Shown piece by piece: positions 21,585 to 29,305 of a stretch of DNA of 36,180 bases. Origin of the DNA: a virus; IMG/VR virus record IMGVR_UViG_3300046824_000128, positions 1 to 36,180 of that record; one strand, given 5' to 3'. The number at the start of each line of letters is the position of its first letter. The first letter of the stretch is position 1. The notes under the pieces were generated by a model that was not told the DNA's origin, did not search any database, and worked only from the letters and a program-made list of their open reading frames with translations. Position numbers and translations under genes: made by a program.

Positions 21585-21839
21585 ATGCCACGGGTGGGCA
21601 CGCAATCGCTCCTAAAGGTTCTGAACGCCGCCGGTGTGCGCCGTTACGTGCGCGAAGGTACCCGTATCGAGGTCGAGTTCTGGGCGCCACCTGGCGTTCA
21701 GGTCGAAACGACGCGCGAGGACCGGCGCGAGAAGTATCTCGAGGAGCGCCAGCGCAAGGACTTCGAGGGCAAGCAGCTGCGCGATCCGCTGGCGGTGGCA
21801 ACCGAGGATCTGACCATCGACGACGAGGGGACGAACTGA
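21585..21839 (+). CDS. Hypothetical protein (84 aa)
   Basis: Full track ORF with plausible charged/beta sequence. Confidence 0.8.
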   Translation: MPRVGTQSLLKVLNAAGVRRYVREGTRIEVEFWAPPGVQVETTREDRREKYLEERQRKDFEGKQLRDPLAVATEDLTIDDEGTN

Positions 21840-21840
21840 C

Positions 21841-22032
21841 ATGGCCAAAGCGAAGCAAGAGGAACACGGAGAGCACGGTCACGAGCACGGGCACGGGCAC
21901 GAACCGCCGGACCCGCCGGACCCCAGCAGGGACACGCTCAGGATCGCGCTGCGGCTGCGCGCCACCGAGCTGCAGTGGGATCCCGATGTGCTGCGGGAGT
22001 TCCTGGCCGACCTGGTCGACTTCATCGTCTGA
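21841..22032 (+). CDS. His-rich small protein (63 aa; EEHGEHGHEHGHGHE)
   Basis: Full track ORF, tightly packed between its neighbours. Confidence 0.75.
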   Translation: MAKAKQEEHGEHGHEHGHGHEPPDPPDPSRDTLRIALRLRATELQWDPDVLREFLADLVDFIV

Positions 22033-22370
22033 TGCCCGGCGCGCTCGCCTTCGCCCGGTCGATGTGGGACGCCCTGTTCGGCGCGCGTGACCGCCGCCGC
22101 CTGGGGAAGTTCCGCCCGCAGCGCATGAACCGCGCGCTGGCCGGATCGGCGAAGGCGGTGAAGGCCGAGCGCAAGCACTGGCACCGCGTCGACAACCGGG
22201 AGATCGTCTCGCTCGCCGACAAGGCGTGCCGCAAGTGCCGCGGCGGCGGGCTGCGGTTCACGCTGATCCGCCGCCGTCCGCGGGTCTGCCGCTGCGCGAT
22301 TCAGAGCTTCCAGCGCACGCACATCGGGCGCATCAAGCACCACGGCGCCAACGTGATGGTGCGATCGTGA
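22032..22370 (+). CDS. Basic Zn-binding-like protein (112 aa)
   Basis: ATG 22032 shares one nucleotide with the upstream TGA. CRKCRGGG...VCRC. Confidence 0.7.
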   Translation: MPGALAFARSMWDALFGARDRRRLGKFRPQRMNRALAGSAKAVKAERKHWHRVDNREIVSLADKACRKCRGGGLRFTLIRRRPRVCRCAIQSFQRTHIGRIKHHGANVMVRS

Positions 22371-22444
22371 TGCAGGTTGGGAAAGCGGCAATCCACTGGG
22401 CTCATAACCCTGGGACGCGGGTTCGATTCCCGCACCTGCTACCA
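22371..22444 (+). tRNA. tRNA-Met (anticodon CAT), 74 nt with encoded CCA; initiator-like features
   Basis: Hand fold. Acceptor TGCAGGT/ACCTGCT (6 bp, with a 1-72 U.U mismatch). D arm GGA..TCC with GG in the loop. Anticodon stem CTGGG/CCCTG with three G-C pairs next to the loop CTCATAA. 4-nt variable loop. T arm GCGGG-TTCGATT-CCCGC. Discriminator A, then CCA. Confidence 0.75.
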
Positions 22445-22458
22445 AACGAGCCGGGGCG

Positions 22459-24375
22459 ATGAGCATCAAGTCGCGCCTCGCGGCCGGCCTCGACGACGGC
22501 CCGCGCATCGGCTGGTGGGACAAGGAGGGCGACGACGCCGCGATGGCGCTCTACTCCCAGGGCACCGCGCTGGAGATCGCCGCCTACGGGCGCCGCTACC
22601 GGCAGGCGCTGCTCTACCGCCTGGTGACCGGCGACGATGCGCCCGAGATCTTCGGCTACTGGCTGTCGTCGCGGGTCGCCCCGTCGCTGGGCGGCCTGTC
22701 GCTGGCGAACTACGTCGAGCCCAGCATCAACGTCGTGGCGGCGGCGCTCGAGGTGTTCGAGAACCGCATCGGCACGCTGCGCCCCTTCGTGCAGGTGATC
22801 CCCAACGGCGGCAGCTTCGAGGTGCGCGACGCCTGCGGCCTCGCCGAGCGCTACGCCGACGCCCTGTTCGACCAGGTGCGCCTCTACGAGAAGACCCGGC
22901 TGTCCTTCCGCGACCGCGGGACCTGGGGCACCAGCTTCATGAAGGTCGTGCCCGACAGCGCGCGCAAGCAGGTCAGCATCGAGCGCGTGCTGATGGACGA
23001 GATCCTCATCGACAGCGCCGCGGCGACCAGGGGCGCGCCGAACAACCTGATCCAGCGCCGCTACATCTCGCGCAGCGAGGCCTTCGCCGACTTCGTCGAC
23101 ACCGCGCCCGCCAAGGAGCGCGACGGGCTGGCCTCGGCGGTGCGCCAGGCGCCGCCGGCGTTCATCGGAACGTTCTGGGCGGGCGCCGACCCCGACCCGA
23201 AGATCGCGCTGCTCGAGGGCTGGAAGCTCCCGCACGCCGACGGCGAGGGCGGGCGGCACATGCTGGCGCTCGCGAACAAGGTGATCTCGCGGCCCGACGA
23301 GCAGAAGTGGGACCGCCACCACTTCCCCTTCGCCGTGGCCCGCTGGCAGCAGCAGTCCCTCGGGTTCTGGGGCGGGTCGATGGCCTACGCGATGCTGCCC
23401 TACCAGCGCACCATCAACAAACACGTCGAGCGGCTCGAGGCGAACCTCGATCACCAGGCGTTCAGTGGCTGGCTCGTCGACCAGGGCGTGCAGATGAAGG
23501 CGGAGGCCTTCGGCGGGCGACCCGGTCGCATCCTTCGCAAGAACGGCGCCGGCAACGTCGTGCCCATCACGCCCGAGTCGAACGCGGGCGACGCCTATCA
23601 GGCGCTCGAGAGCTGGATCCAGCGCGCCTACCTGCGCGTCGGCCTGAACCAGCAGCAGATCGCCGGGCAGAAGCAACCGGGCCTGACCAGCGGTCAGGCG
23701 CTGCGCACGATGGTGCAGATCGAGGACTCCCGGAACAAGGGCCTGCAGATCACCGGCGAGATGGAGGTGCGCGACATCGCGGTGCTGGCGCTCGAGGCGG
23801 CCGAGGACATCAACCTGAAGCTCGAGCTGCCCGGCGTGAACGGGCGCACCGTCGCCTTTGCCGACCTGAAACTGAAGGAGAACGCGCGGAAGATCAGCGT
23901 GTTCCCGATCAACGCGCTGGTGAACGATCCCGAGGGCCGCCAGCAGCAGATCGCCGAGATGTACGCCGACGGCGATATCGACAAGCGCACGAAGATGCGC
24001 CTGCGCGAGATGCCCGACCTGCTGTCGTTCACGCAGCTGGCGACGGCGCCCGAAGATCTGATCGAGTCGCAGCTCGACGAGATCGTGCGCACCGGCAAGT
24101 ACCTCGCGCCCGAGCCGTTCGACGATCTGGCGACCGCGATGAACATGGCGCGCAACCGCTACTGGCTCGAGAAGCGGTTCAAGACGCCGGTGAAGACCCT
24201 GCGCCAGCTGCAGAGCTACATGACCGCGATCGCCGACATGATGACGACCGGCCAGCAGTTCATGCAGCCCCAGGCCGCCGCGCCGCAGGGGATGCAACCG
24301 CCCGCGGGCGCTCCCGCCGCGCCGCCGGTGCAGACGACGCCGAGCGCGGCCGCCCCCGCGCCGATGGCGGCCTGA
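22459..24375 (+). CDS. Portal protein (638 aa)
   Basis: Size, position between terL and scaffold/capsid, an acidic/helical core and a Gln/Pro/Ala-rich C-terminal tail. The overlapping 869-aa and 631-aa track ORFs are shadows. Confidence 0.8.
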   Translation: MSIKSRLAAGLDDGPRIGWWDKEGDDAAMALYSQGTALEIAAYGRRYRQALLYRLVTGDDAPEIFGYWLSSRVAPSLGGLSLANYVEPSINVVAAALEVFENRIGTLRPFVQVIPNGGSFEVRDACGLAERYADALFDQVRLYEKTRLSFRDRGTWGTSFMKVVPDSARKQVSIERVLMDEILIDSAAATRGAPNNLIQRRYISRSEAFADFVDTAPAKERDGLASAVRQAPPAFIGTFWAGADPDPKIALLEGWKLPHADGEGGRHMLALANKVISRPDEQKWDRHHFPFAVARWQQQSLGFWGGSMAYAMLPYQRTINKHVERLEANLDHQAFSGWLVDQGVQMKAEAFGGRPGRILRKNGAGNVVPITPESNAGDAYQALESWIQRAYLRVGLNQQQIAGQKQPGLTSGQALRTMVQIEDSRNKGLQITGEMEVRDIAVLALEAAEDINLKLELPGVNGRTVAFADLKLKENARKISVFPINALVNDPEGRQQQIAEMYADGDIDKRTKMRLREMPDLLSFTQLATAPEDLIESQLDEIVRTGKYLAPEPFDDLATAMNMARNRYWLEKRFKTPVKTLRQLQSYMTAIADMMTTGQQFMQPQAAAPQGMQPPAGAPAAPPVQTTPSAAAPAPMAA

Positions 24376-24378
24376 CGG

Positions 24379-24603
24379 TCAGCACTCGACAAACAGGTCG
24401 ATGGTGTCGTGCTTCTCGAGGGCATTCAGTAGGTCTGCGGCACCGTCCACCTTCGCCGCCCGGAGACCGCGCAGAAACGGCAGAGCCTCGGCGGTCAGCC
24501 TGCAGGGATATTCCCCGTATTCGTCCCTCAGCAGATCGCGAAGTTGGGCGTCGCCGACCGGTCTGCCCCCTCCGACGGGCTTCCAATAGAGCGTGCAGCT
24601 CAC
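24379..24603 (-). CDS. Hypothetical protein (74 aa), third gene of the opposite-strand cassette
   Basis: GTG 24603 in a GTGA overlap. High GC3. Its stop lies 3 nt from the portal stop, within the palindrome CTGACGGTCAG. Confidence 0.65.
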   Translation of the reverse strand: MSCTLYWKPVGGGRPVGDAQLRDLLRDEYGEYPCRLTAEALPFLRGLRAAKVDGAADLLNALEKHDTIDLFVEC

Positions 24604-24947
24604 GAGGGCTTGCTGCCGTCCGGGCGGAAGATCTTCCCCTGGATCCCGAGGTCGGCGAACGGCACGCGCCGCACCGGGATCCGGTGATGCTCGAGCGCCA
24701 TGTCGAGCATCATCACCGTCGGCGGCTCGAGACCGCGTTTTTCCGTCTCGACGATGAGCGCCGCAACCAGCTCCCGCGCCGCCTGGTTCTTCGCGATGTA
24801 CTTGACGACGTGGTCGACGGACGCCGCCAAAATGACCTCGCGTTCGGGCAGCGTGAAATCGGGGCGCAGCGCCTTCAACGCGCCCACGACCTCGCTCGTG
24901 AGCTGGCATCCCTCGATGTAGCTCGCGGGCGGTTTCGGCCCGCTCAC
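24600..24947 (-). CDS. Hypothetical protein (115 aa), second gene of the opposite-strand cassette
   Basis: GTG 24947 in a GTGA overlap. Plausible globular sequence. Confidence 0.7.
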   Translation of the reverse strand: MSGPKPPASYIEGCQLTSEVVGALKALRPDFTLPEREVILAASVDHVVKYIAKNQAARELVAALIVETEKRGLEPPTVMMLDMALEHHRIPVRRVPFADLGIQGKIFRPDGSKPS

Positions 24948-25318
24948 GACTGCGCCGCCTTGCGCGCGGCCACCTGCTCCTCGTAGCCGGCGACCGCGGC
25001 AGCATGGCCTTCGAGCGCTTCGGCGCGCGTCGGGTAGCGCCAGCACTCATCTCCGGTGCCCGGGTCGCCATGGAAGATCATCGTCTCGAACAGGAGCGGT
25101 GGCCCGTCGCCGAACTGGTGGTCGGTTCCGAGGAAGATGGTCGATACCCGCGTACCGTCGGCCAGCACCGTCTTCGCGACCGTGCGGCGGGCGATGTCCC
25201 CGAGAAAGGCCGCCCACTTGAAAAGGTCGGGGCAGGGCACGGGCTCGCCGGTCTCATCGAGGATGTACTGCAGGGTTCTCACTGCGGCCTCGTCCGGTCC
25301 TGCTCCCCGCTCGCCCAT
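24944..25318 (-). CDS. Hypothetical conserved-looking phage protein (124 aa; VSTIFLGTDHQFG..PLLFETMIF motif), first gene of the opposite-strand cassette
   Basis: Full track ORF. A promoter-like TTGAGC-N17-TACAAA ends 6 nt before the ATG. Confidence 0.8.
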   Translation of the reverse strand: MGERGAGPDEAAVRTLQYILDETGEPVPCPDLFKWAAFLGDIARRTVAKTVLADGTRVSTIFLGTDHQFGDGPPLLFETMIFHGDPGTGDECWRYPTRAEALEGHAAAVAGYEEQVAARKAAQS

Positions 25319-25324
25319 GCCGCC

Positions 25325-25353
25325 TTTGTATCATTCTCGCCCGCCGCGCTCAA
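25325..25353 (-). promoter_or_regulatory. Candidate promoter TTGAGC-N17-TACAAA for the cassette (leaderless geometry)
   Basis: Read on the minus strand in the 70-nt divergent gap 25319-25388. There are 6 nt between the -10 and ATG 25318. Confidence 0.4.
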
Positions 25354-25362
25354 TCGGACCGA

Positions 25363-25381
25363 CCGCGGTAGCGAAATGCCG
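25363..25381 (+). promoter_or_regulatory. Conserved late-arm motif, copy 3 (CCGCGGTAGCGAAATGCCG)
   Basis: 18/19 identical to copies 1 and 2. It lies 7 nt upstream of ATG 25389, with no Shine-Dalgarno sequence. Confidence 0.55.
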
Positions 25382-25388
25382 CCAATGA

Positions 25389-26366
25389 ATGGACACGTCC
25401 AGCGAAGGCACCGCACCTGCGACAAGTCCCGCGGCTGCCCCGGCGCCTGCCCCTGAGGCGGCGACCGGCGGCAGCTCGCCCGCGCCCGAAGCGGTCTCAC
25501 CCGACCAGCGCCGCGCCAAGAAGGACGCAATCATCAAGTCGGTGCGCGCCGCGGCGGCCAAGGCCTCGGGCGAGCCGGCGCCTGCCGAGCCCAAGCCCGC
25601 CGAGACGCCCGAGCCGAAGCCGGCGGAGACGCCGAAGCCGGCGGAGCCCGCGCCCGACGCGGCGCTGACCACGCGCTTGGCCGCGCTCGAGGCCGAGCTG
25701 AACGAGACGCGCGGCAAGCTCACCGAGCGAGAGAAGCAGCGCGCGGCCCCGACCGACGTCGAGGGCCTGCTCGATCTCATGGCGGACAACGCCGACCTGT
25801 CCATCGAGAAGCTGTCCGAGCTCTATCTCAAGCGCCAGGACAACCCGGCGCACAAGGAGCTCGGCGCCGCCGAGAAGCGCCTCGCCGCCATCGAAGCGAA
25901 GATCGCCGCCGGCGAGAAGGCCGAGAAAGATCGCGCCGAGAAGACGGCTCAGGAGGCGACGGCCGCCGAGGGCCGGAAGGCCATGCGCGGCATCCTGGAC
26001 GGCGACAAGGCCCGCTGGCCGCGCCTGACCCGCGACGAGCGGAACGCCACCGAGGCGATCCATGAAGCCGAGTCGAAGGCCGGTGACCGCGCGCGCGCGC
26101 TGATCGCCAAGGGCGGCAAGTTCACCGAGGAGCTGGGGCGGCAGATGGTCGCCGAGGCGCTCGACGAGATCGAGAAGGACCGCGCCGACCGCGCGACCCG
26201 TTACGCCATGCCCGACATCCCCGCCCGCCGCACCATCGGCGCCGGGAGCGGCAGCACCGGCACGATTCCGCAGTCCCGCGCCGAGACGGCCGAGCCGCTG
26301 TCTCGGGACCAGCGCAAGCGAGAGATCCTTGCCCGCGTTCGTGCGGGCCAACCCAAGACATCTTGA
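25389..26366 (+). CDS. Scaffolding protein candidate (325 aa)
   Basis: Position directly before the capsid gene. Ala/Glu/Lys-rich coiled-coil composition. N-terminal PAEP/KPAETP repeats. Confidence 0.65.
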   Translation: MDTSSEGTAPATSPAAAPAPAPEAATGGSSPAPEAVSPDQRRAKKDAIIKSVRAAAAKASGEPAPAEPKPAETPEPKPAETPKPAEPAPDAALTTRLAALEAELNETRGKLTEREKQRAAPTDVEGLLDLMADNADLSIEKLSELYLKRQDNPAHKELGAAEKRLAAIEAKIAAGEKAEKDRAEKTAQEATAAEGRKAMRGILDGDKARWPRLTRDERNATEAIHEAESKAGDRARALIAKGGKFTEELGRQMVAEALDEIEKDRADRATRYAMPDIPARRTIGAGSGSTGTIPQSRAETAEPLSRDQRKREILARVRAGQPKTS

Positions 26367-26376
26367 GGACACGACC

Positions 26377-27744
26377 ATGCACGGCCTGATCAACTTCCTT
26401 GGCACCCACTGGGCGGCGCTCGCCGTTCTGAGCTGCGCGCTCTACGCGCTCGTCCGATCGCTGCGGTTCGGCGCCAGCATCGGCGTCGCGCTCGCCTCGA
26501 TTCTGAACATCAGCGACAACAGCGCGGCGGCCCTCAAGGACTGGTACTCGATGGCCTACGAGGACGCGGCCTGGAGGGACAACGTGTTCCTCGGCCTCGT
26601 CGACAAGGAGACCGGCGGCGGTCAGCAGGTGATGCAGTCGATCAAGATCGGCCGCACCGCTGGCCACGGCGCCGACGTAACCCAGGCGATCGCCAACGCT
26701 TCGCCCGAGTCGCGCAGGAAGTTCATCACGCCGTGGGGCAAGTCCTACGCGATCGAGAACGTCGACAACACGGAGATCGACGTCTCGGGCGAGGACGAGG
26801 GCGCCATCGTGGAGCTGCTCGGCGACGCGATGGAAGGCTGCATGCGGAAGGTCTCCGAGGACCTCGAGTTCGATTGCTTCGGCGACGGCTTCGGCACCCG
26901 CGGCGTCATCGCCAGCCACACCGGCGCGGCCTCGCCGTTCACCCTGACGCTCTCCCAGGCCTCCGACACCATCAAGTGGAACGTCGGCGATATCGGCGTC
27001 AGCTCGGTGGCGAACAACAGCGCCGCGCTCGACACCGGCTCGTTCCTGGTCACGGCGATCGACACCGATGCCGGCACGATGACCGTCACCACGGCGAACG
27101 CCTGGGCGGGCGCCGCGAACGACGCGCACTTCATCTTCTTCGCCGCCGACAAGATCGCCGGCTCGTACGCGACGGCGCAGAAGGTCTACGGCCTCAAGCT
27201 GTGGATCCCGGTCACGGCGCCGGCGCCCGGCATCGACTCGACCGGCGTAGATCGCTCGGTCGACCCGAACAAGCTGGCCGGCGTGCGGTTCGACTGCCGC
27301 GGCCTCGACCCCAAGCAGGCGGTCAACGCGCTGGTCACGCAGATCTGCGTGAACCGCAGCGCGCGCCCCGACGCCATCTTTTTCAACCCGGTGAACTACG
27401 CCGCCTACGAGGACTCGCTGCAGAACCAGGCGGTCTATGTCAAGACGCGCGGCACCGGCGAGGCGGCGACGGCCTACTACGAGGGCATCAAGCACATGGG
27501 GCCCAAGGGTCCGGTCACGGTCTACTCGGCGCCCGGCTGCGACACCGATCGCTTCTACGCCTGCACCATGTCGAGCTGGATCCTGCGCGCGCCGCAGAAC
27601 AAGGCGATCCGCATGGCGGGCCGCGCTGGCAAGGACGGCCTCATCGACGGCTACAACGGCGACTACGTCCAGATCCGCATGAAGTACGCCGCGAACCTCT
27701 CGTGCAGCTTCCCCGGCGCGAACGGCGTGGGCCGGCTGGCGTAA
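26377..27744 (+). CDS. Major capsid protein (455 aa; P22-coat-like/HK97-fold by position and C-terminal resemblance)
   Basis: GAGGA Shine-Dalgarno before ATG 26377. Size and position fit. The C-terminus ..FPGANGVGRLA is reminiscent of the P22 coat end. High GC3 from the first codon. Confidence 0.8.
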   Translation: MHGLINFLGTHWAALAVLSCALYALVRSLRFGASIGVALASILNISDNSAAALKDWYSMAYEDAAWRDNVFLGLVDKETGGGQQVMQSIKIGRTAGHGADVTQAIANASPESRRKFITPWGKSYAIENVDNTEIDVSGEDEGAIVELLGDAMEGCMRKVSEDLEFDCFGDGFGTRGVIASHTGAASPFTLTLSQASDTIKWNVGDIGVSSVANNSAALDTGSFLVTAIDTDAGTMTVTTANAWAGAANDAHFIFFAADKIAGSYATAQKVYGLKLWIPVTAPAPGIDSTGVDRSVDPNKLAGVRFDCRGLDPKQAVNALVTQICVNRSARPDAIFFNPVNYAAYEDSLQNQAVYVKTRGTGEAATAYYEGIKHMGPKGPVTVYSAPGCDTDRFYACTMSSWILRAPQNKAIRMAGRAGKDGLIDGYNGDYVQIRMKYAANLSCSFPGANGVGRLA

Positions 27745-27777
27745 TCACCGGGCGCGAGCCCCCAGAAAGGAACCACG

Positions 27778-28209
27778 ATGGCCAGCCCGATGTCCTACCA
27801 GGCCCGCTCTCCCGAGGCGGGCATCCAGATCTTGAGCCTGCAGTTCCTGGTAGGCACAACCGGCGCGGTCGGCGCCATCCAGGGGCCGGGCGGCTCGCGC
27901 ATGAAGGAGTTTCGGCGCATCACGGCGGCGAACCCGTCGCCGGTGGTGCGCACGGGCGCGGGCGTCTACGACGTGTTCCTGCGCGAGACCTGGCTGGCGC
28001 TGATCGCCGGCTTCGGGTCCTGCATCGGCGCGGTCGGGGCGACGGCGGGCGCGGCGGGCAAGATCACCAGCAGCATCACCAGCGTGGCCGTCTCGCCGCC
28101 GAAGGTGACCATGACGTTCATTCGCATCGACACCGGTGTCGCCGCCGATCCGCAGCTCAACGACGTCGCCTGCATCACGCTGATCCTCAAGAACCTGCGA
28201 CCGGTGTAA
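27778..28209 (+). CDS. Small beta-rich virion protein (143 aa), possible decoration or head-proximal protein
   Basis: AAAGGAA Shine-Dalgarno. Full track ORF. Sits in the structural block. Confidence 0.75.
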   Translation: MASPMSYQARSPEAGIQILSLQFLVGTTGAVGAIQGPGGSRMKEFRRITAANPSPVVRTGAGVYDVFLRETWLALIAGFGSCIGAVGATAGAAGKITSSITSVAVSPPKVTMTFIRIDTGVAADPQLNDVACITLILKNLRPV

Positions 28210-28215
28210 CCGCCA

Positions 28216-29304
28216 ATGGGCAAGACGCTGCCCCAGCTGGTCGCGGTGGTTCGGCAGAAGTCGAACACCGACGGCGTGGCTGGCGGCAACCAGGTCGTGA
28301 GCGACGTCGAGCTGGCCGGCTACATCAACGAGTCGGTGAAAGCGCTCTACGACCTGCTGATCGGCGTGGACTCGAGCTACTACGAGTCGCCCTACAGCTT
28401 CACGCTGGCGAGCTCGGCGACCGGCAACGCCGCCCCCCTGCCGCCCGACTTCTACAAGGAGCGCGGCCTGGTGCTGTTCCCCGACACCGAGCGCGAGACG
28501 CCGGTGTTCTTCGTGCCCTTCGCCGAGCGGACGCGGGGCAAGCTCGGCGCCACGCTCGACGGCAACAGCGTGCGGGTCTACCCGTGGCAGCTGGCGGGGC
28601 AGGGTCCCTGGCGGCTCTACTACACGCCGAAGTGCAAGACGTTCGACGGCGACTTCCAGGTGCGACTCGTGTCGGGCATCGGCGGGCCGGGCGACGGGAC
28701 GTCGGGAGACACGCTGCCTCCCGCCCTCAACAGCGGACCACTGTCCGGCGTCGGTTTCACCCTGACAGCCACGGGGAACGGGGCGCTCACGGTCGACAGC
28801 GTGGCGGTGAATGTCGGCGATCGCATCCTGGTCACCAACAGCGACAGCAACAACCAGGACCCGTTCAGCAACGGCATCTATCTGTGCACCAATCCGGGCA
28901 GCACGACCAGCCCGTGGGTCCTGGTCCGCGCGACCGACTACGACACGGTCCAGGAAGTGGTCATCAACAGCACCGTGAGCGCCGCCGCGGGCGCCGTCGG
29001 CGCCGGGTTCCTCTACAAGCTGACGACGTTCACGTTCTTCCCGGCGCCCATCCTGTACACGCTGCAGCCGCAGCCGGCGCTCGACGTGACGCTCGACAAC
29101 TTCGACGAGTACATCACGAACCGCGCGGCGATGATGATCTACTCGAAGCGCCAGATGGACCCCGGCAGCATCGCCGGGCTGTTCCAGATGGCCGAGCAGC
29201 GCGTGAAGTCGATGGCGACGATGCGCATCGCCGAGCCTGAGCAGGCGCCGGTGCTCTGGCGCAGCGGGCGGAGGTACGCGCGCTACCACGACGATCTGGC
29301 GTGA
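28216..29304 (+). CDS. Virion structural protein (362 aa), head-tail adaptor candidate with an inserted beta domain
   Basis: Position after the capsid gene. N- and C-terminal helical parts flank a VGDRILV...NGIYLCT...W.LVRATDYD segment, which resembles a domain seen in phage fiber/tail proteins. Confidence 0.75.
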   Translation: MGKTLPQLVAVVRQKSNTDGVAGGNQVVSDVELAGYINESVKALYDLLIGVDSSYYESPYSFTLASSATGNAAPLPPDFYKERGLVLFPDTERETPVFFVPFAERTRGKLGATLDGNSVRVYPWQLAGQGPWRLYYTPKCKTFDGDFQVRLVSGIGGPGDGTSGDTLPPALNSGPLSGVGFTLTATGNGALTVDSVAVNVGDRILVTNSDSNNQDPFSNGIYLCTNPGSTTSPWVLVRATDYDTVQEVVINSTVSAAAGAVGAGFLYKLTTFTFFPAPILYTLQPQPALDVTLDNFDEYITNRAAMMIYSKRQMDPGSIAGLFQMAEQRVKSMATMRIAEPEQAPVLWRSGRRYARYHDDLA

Positions 29305-29305
29305 C

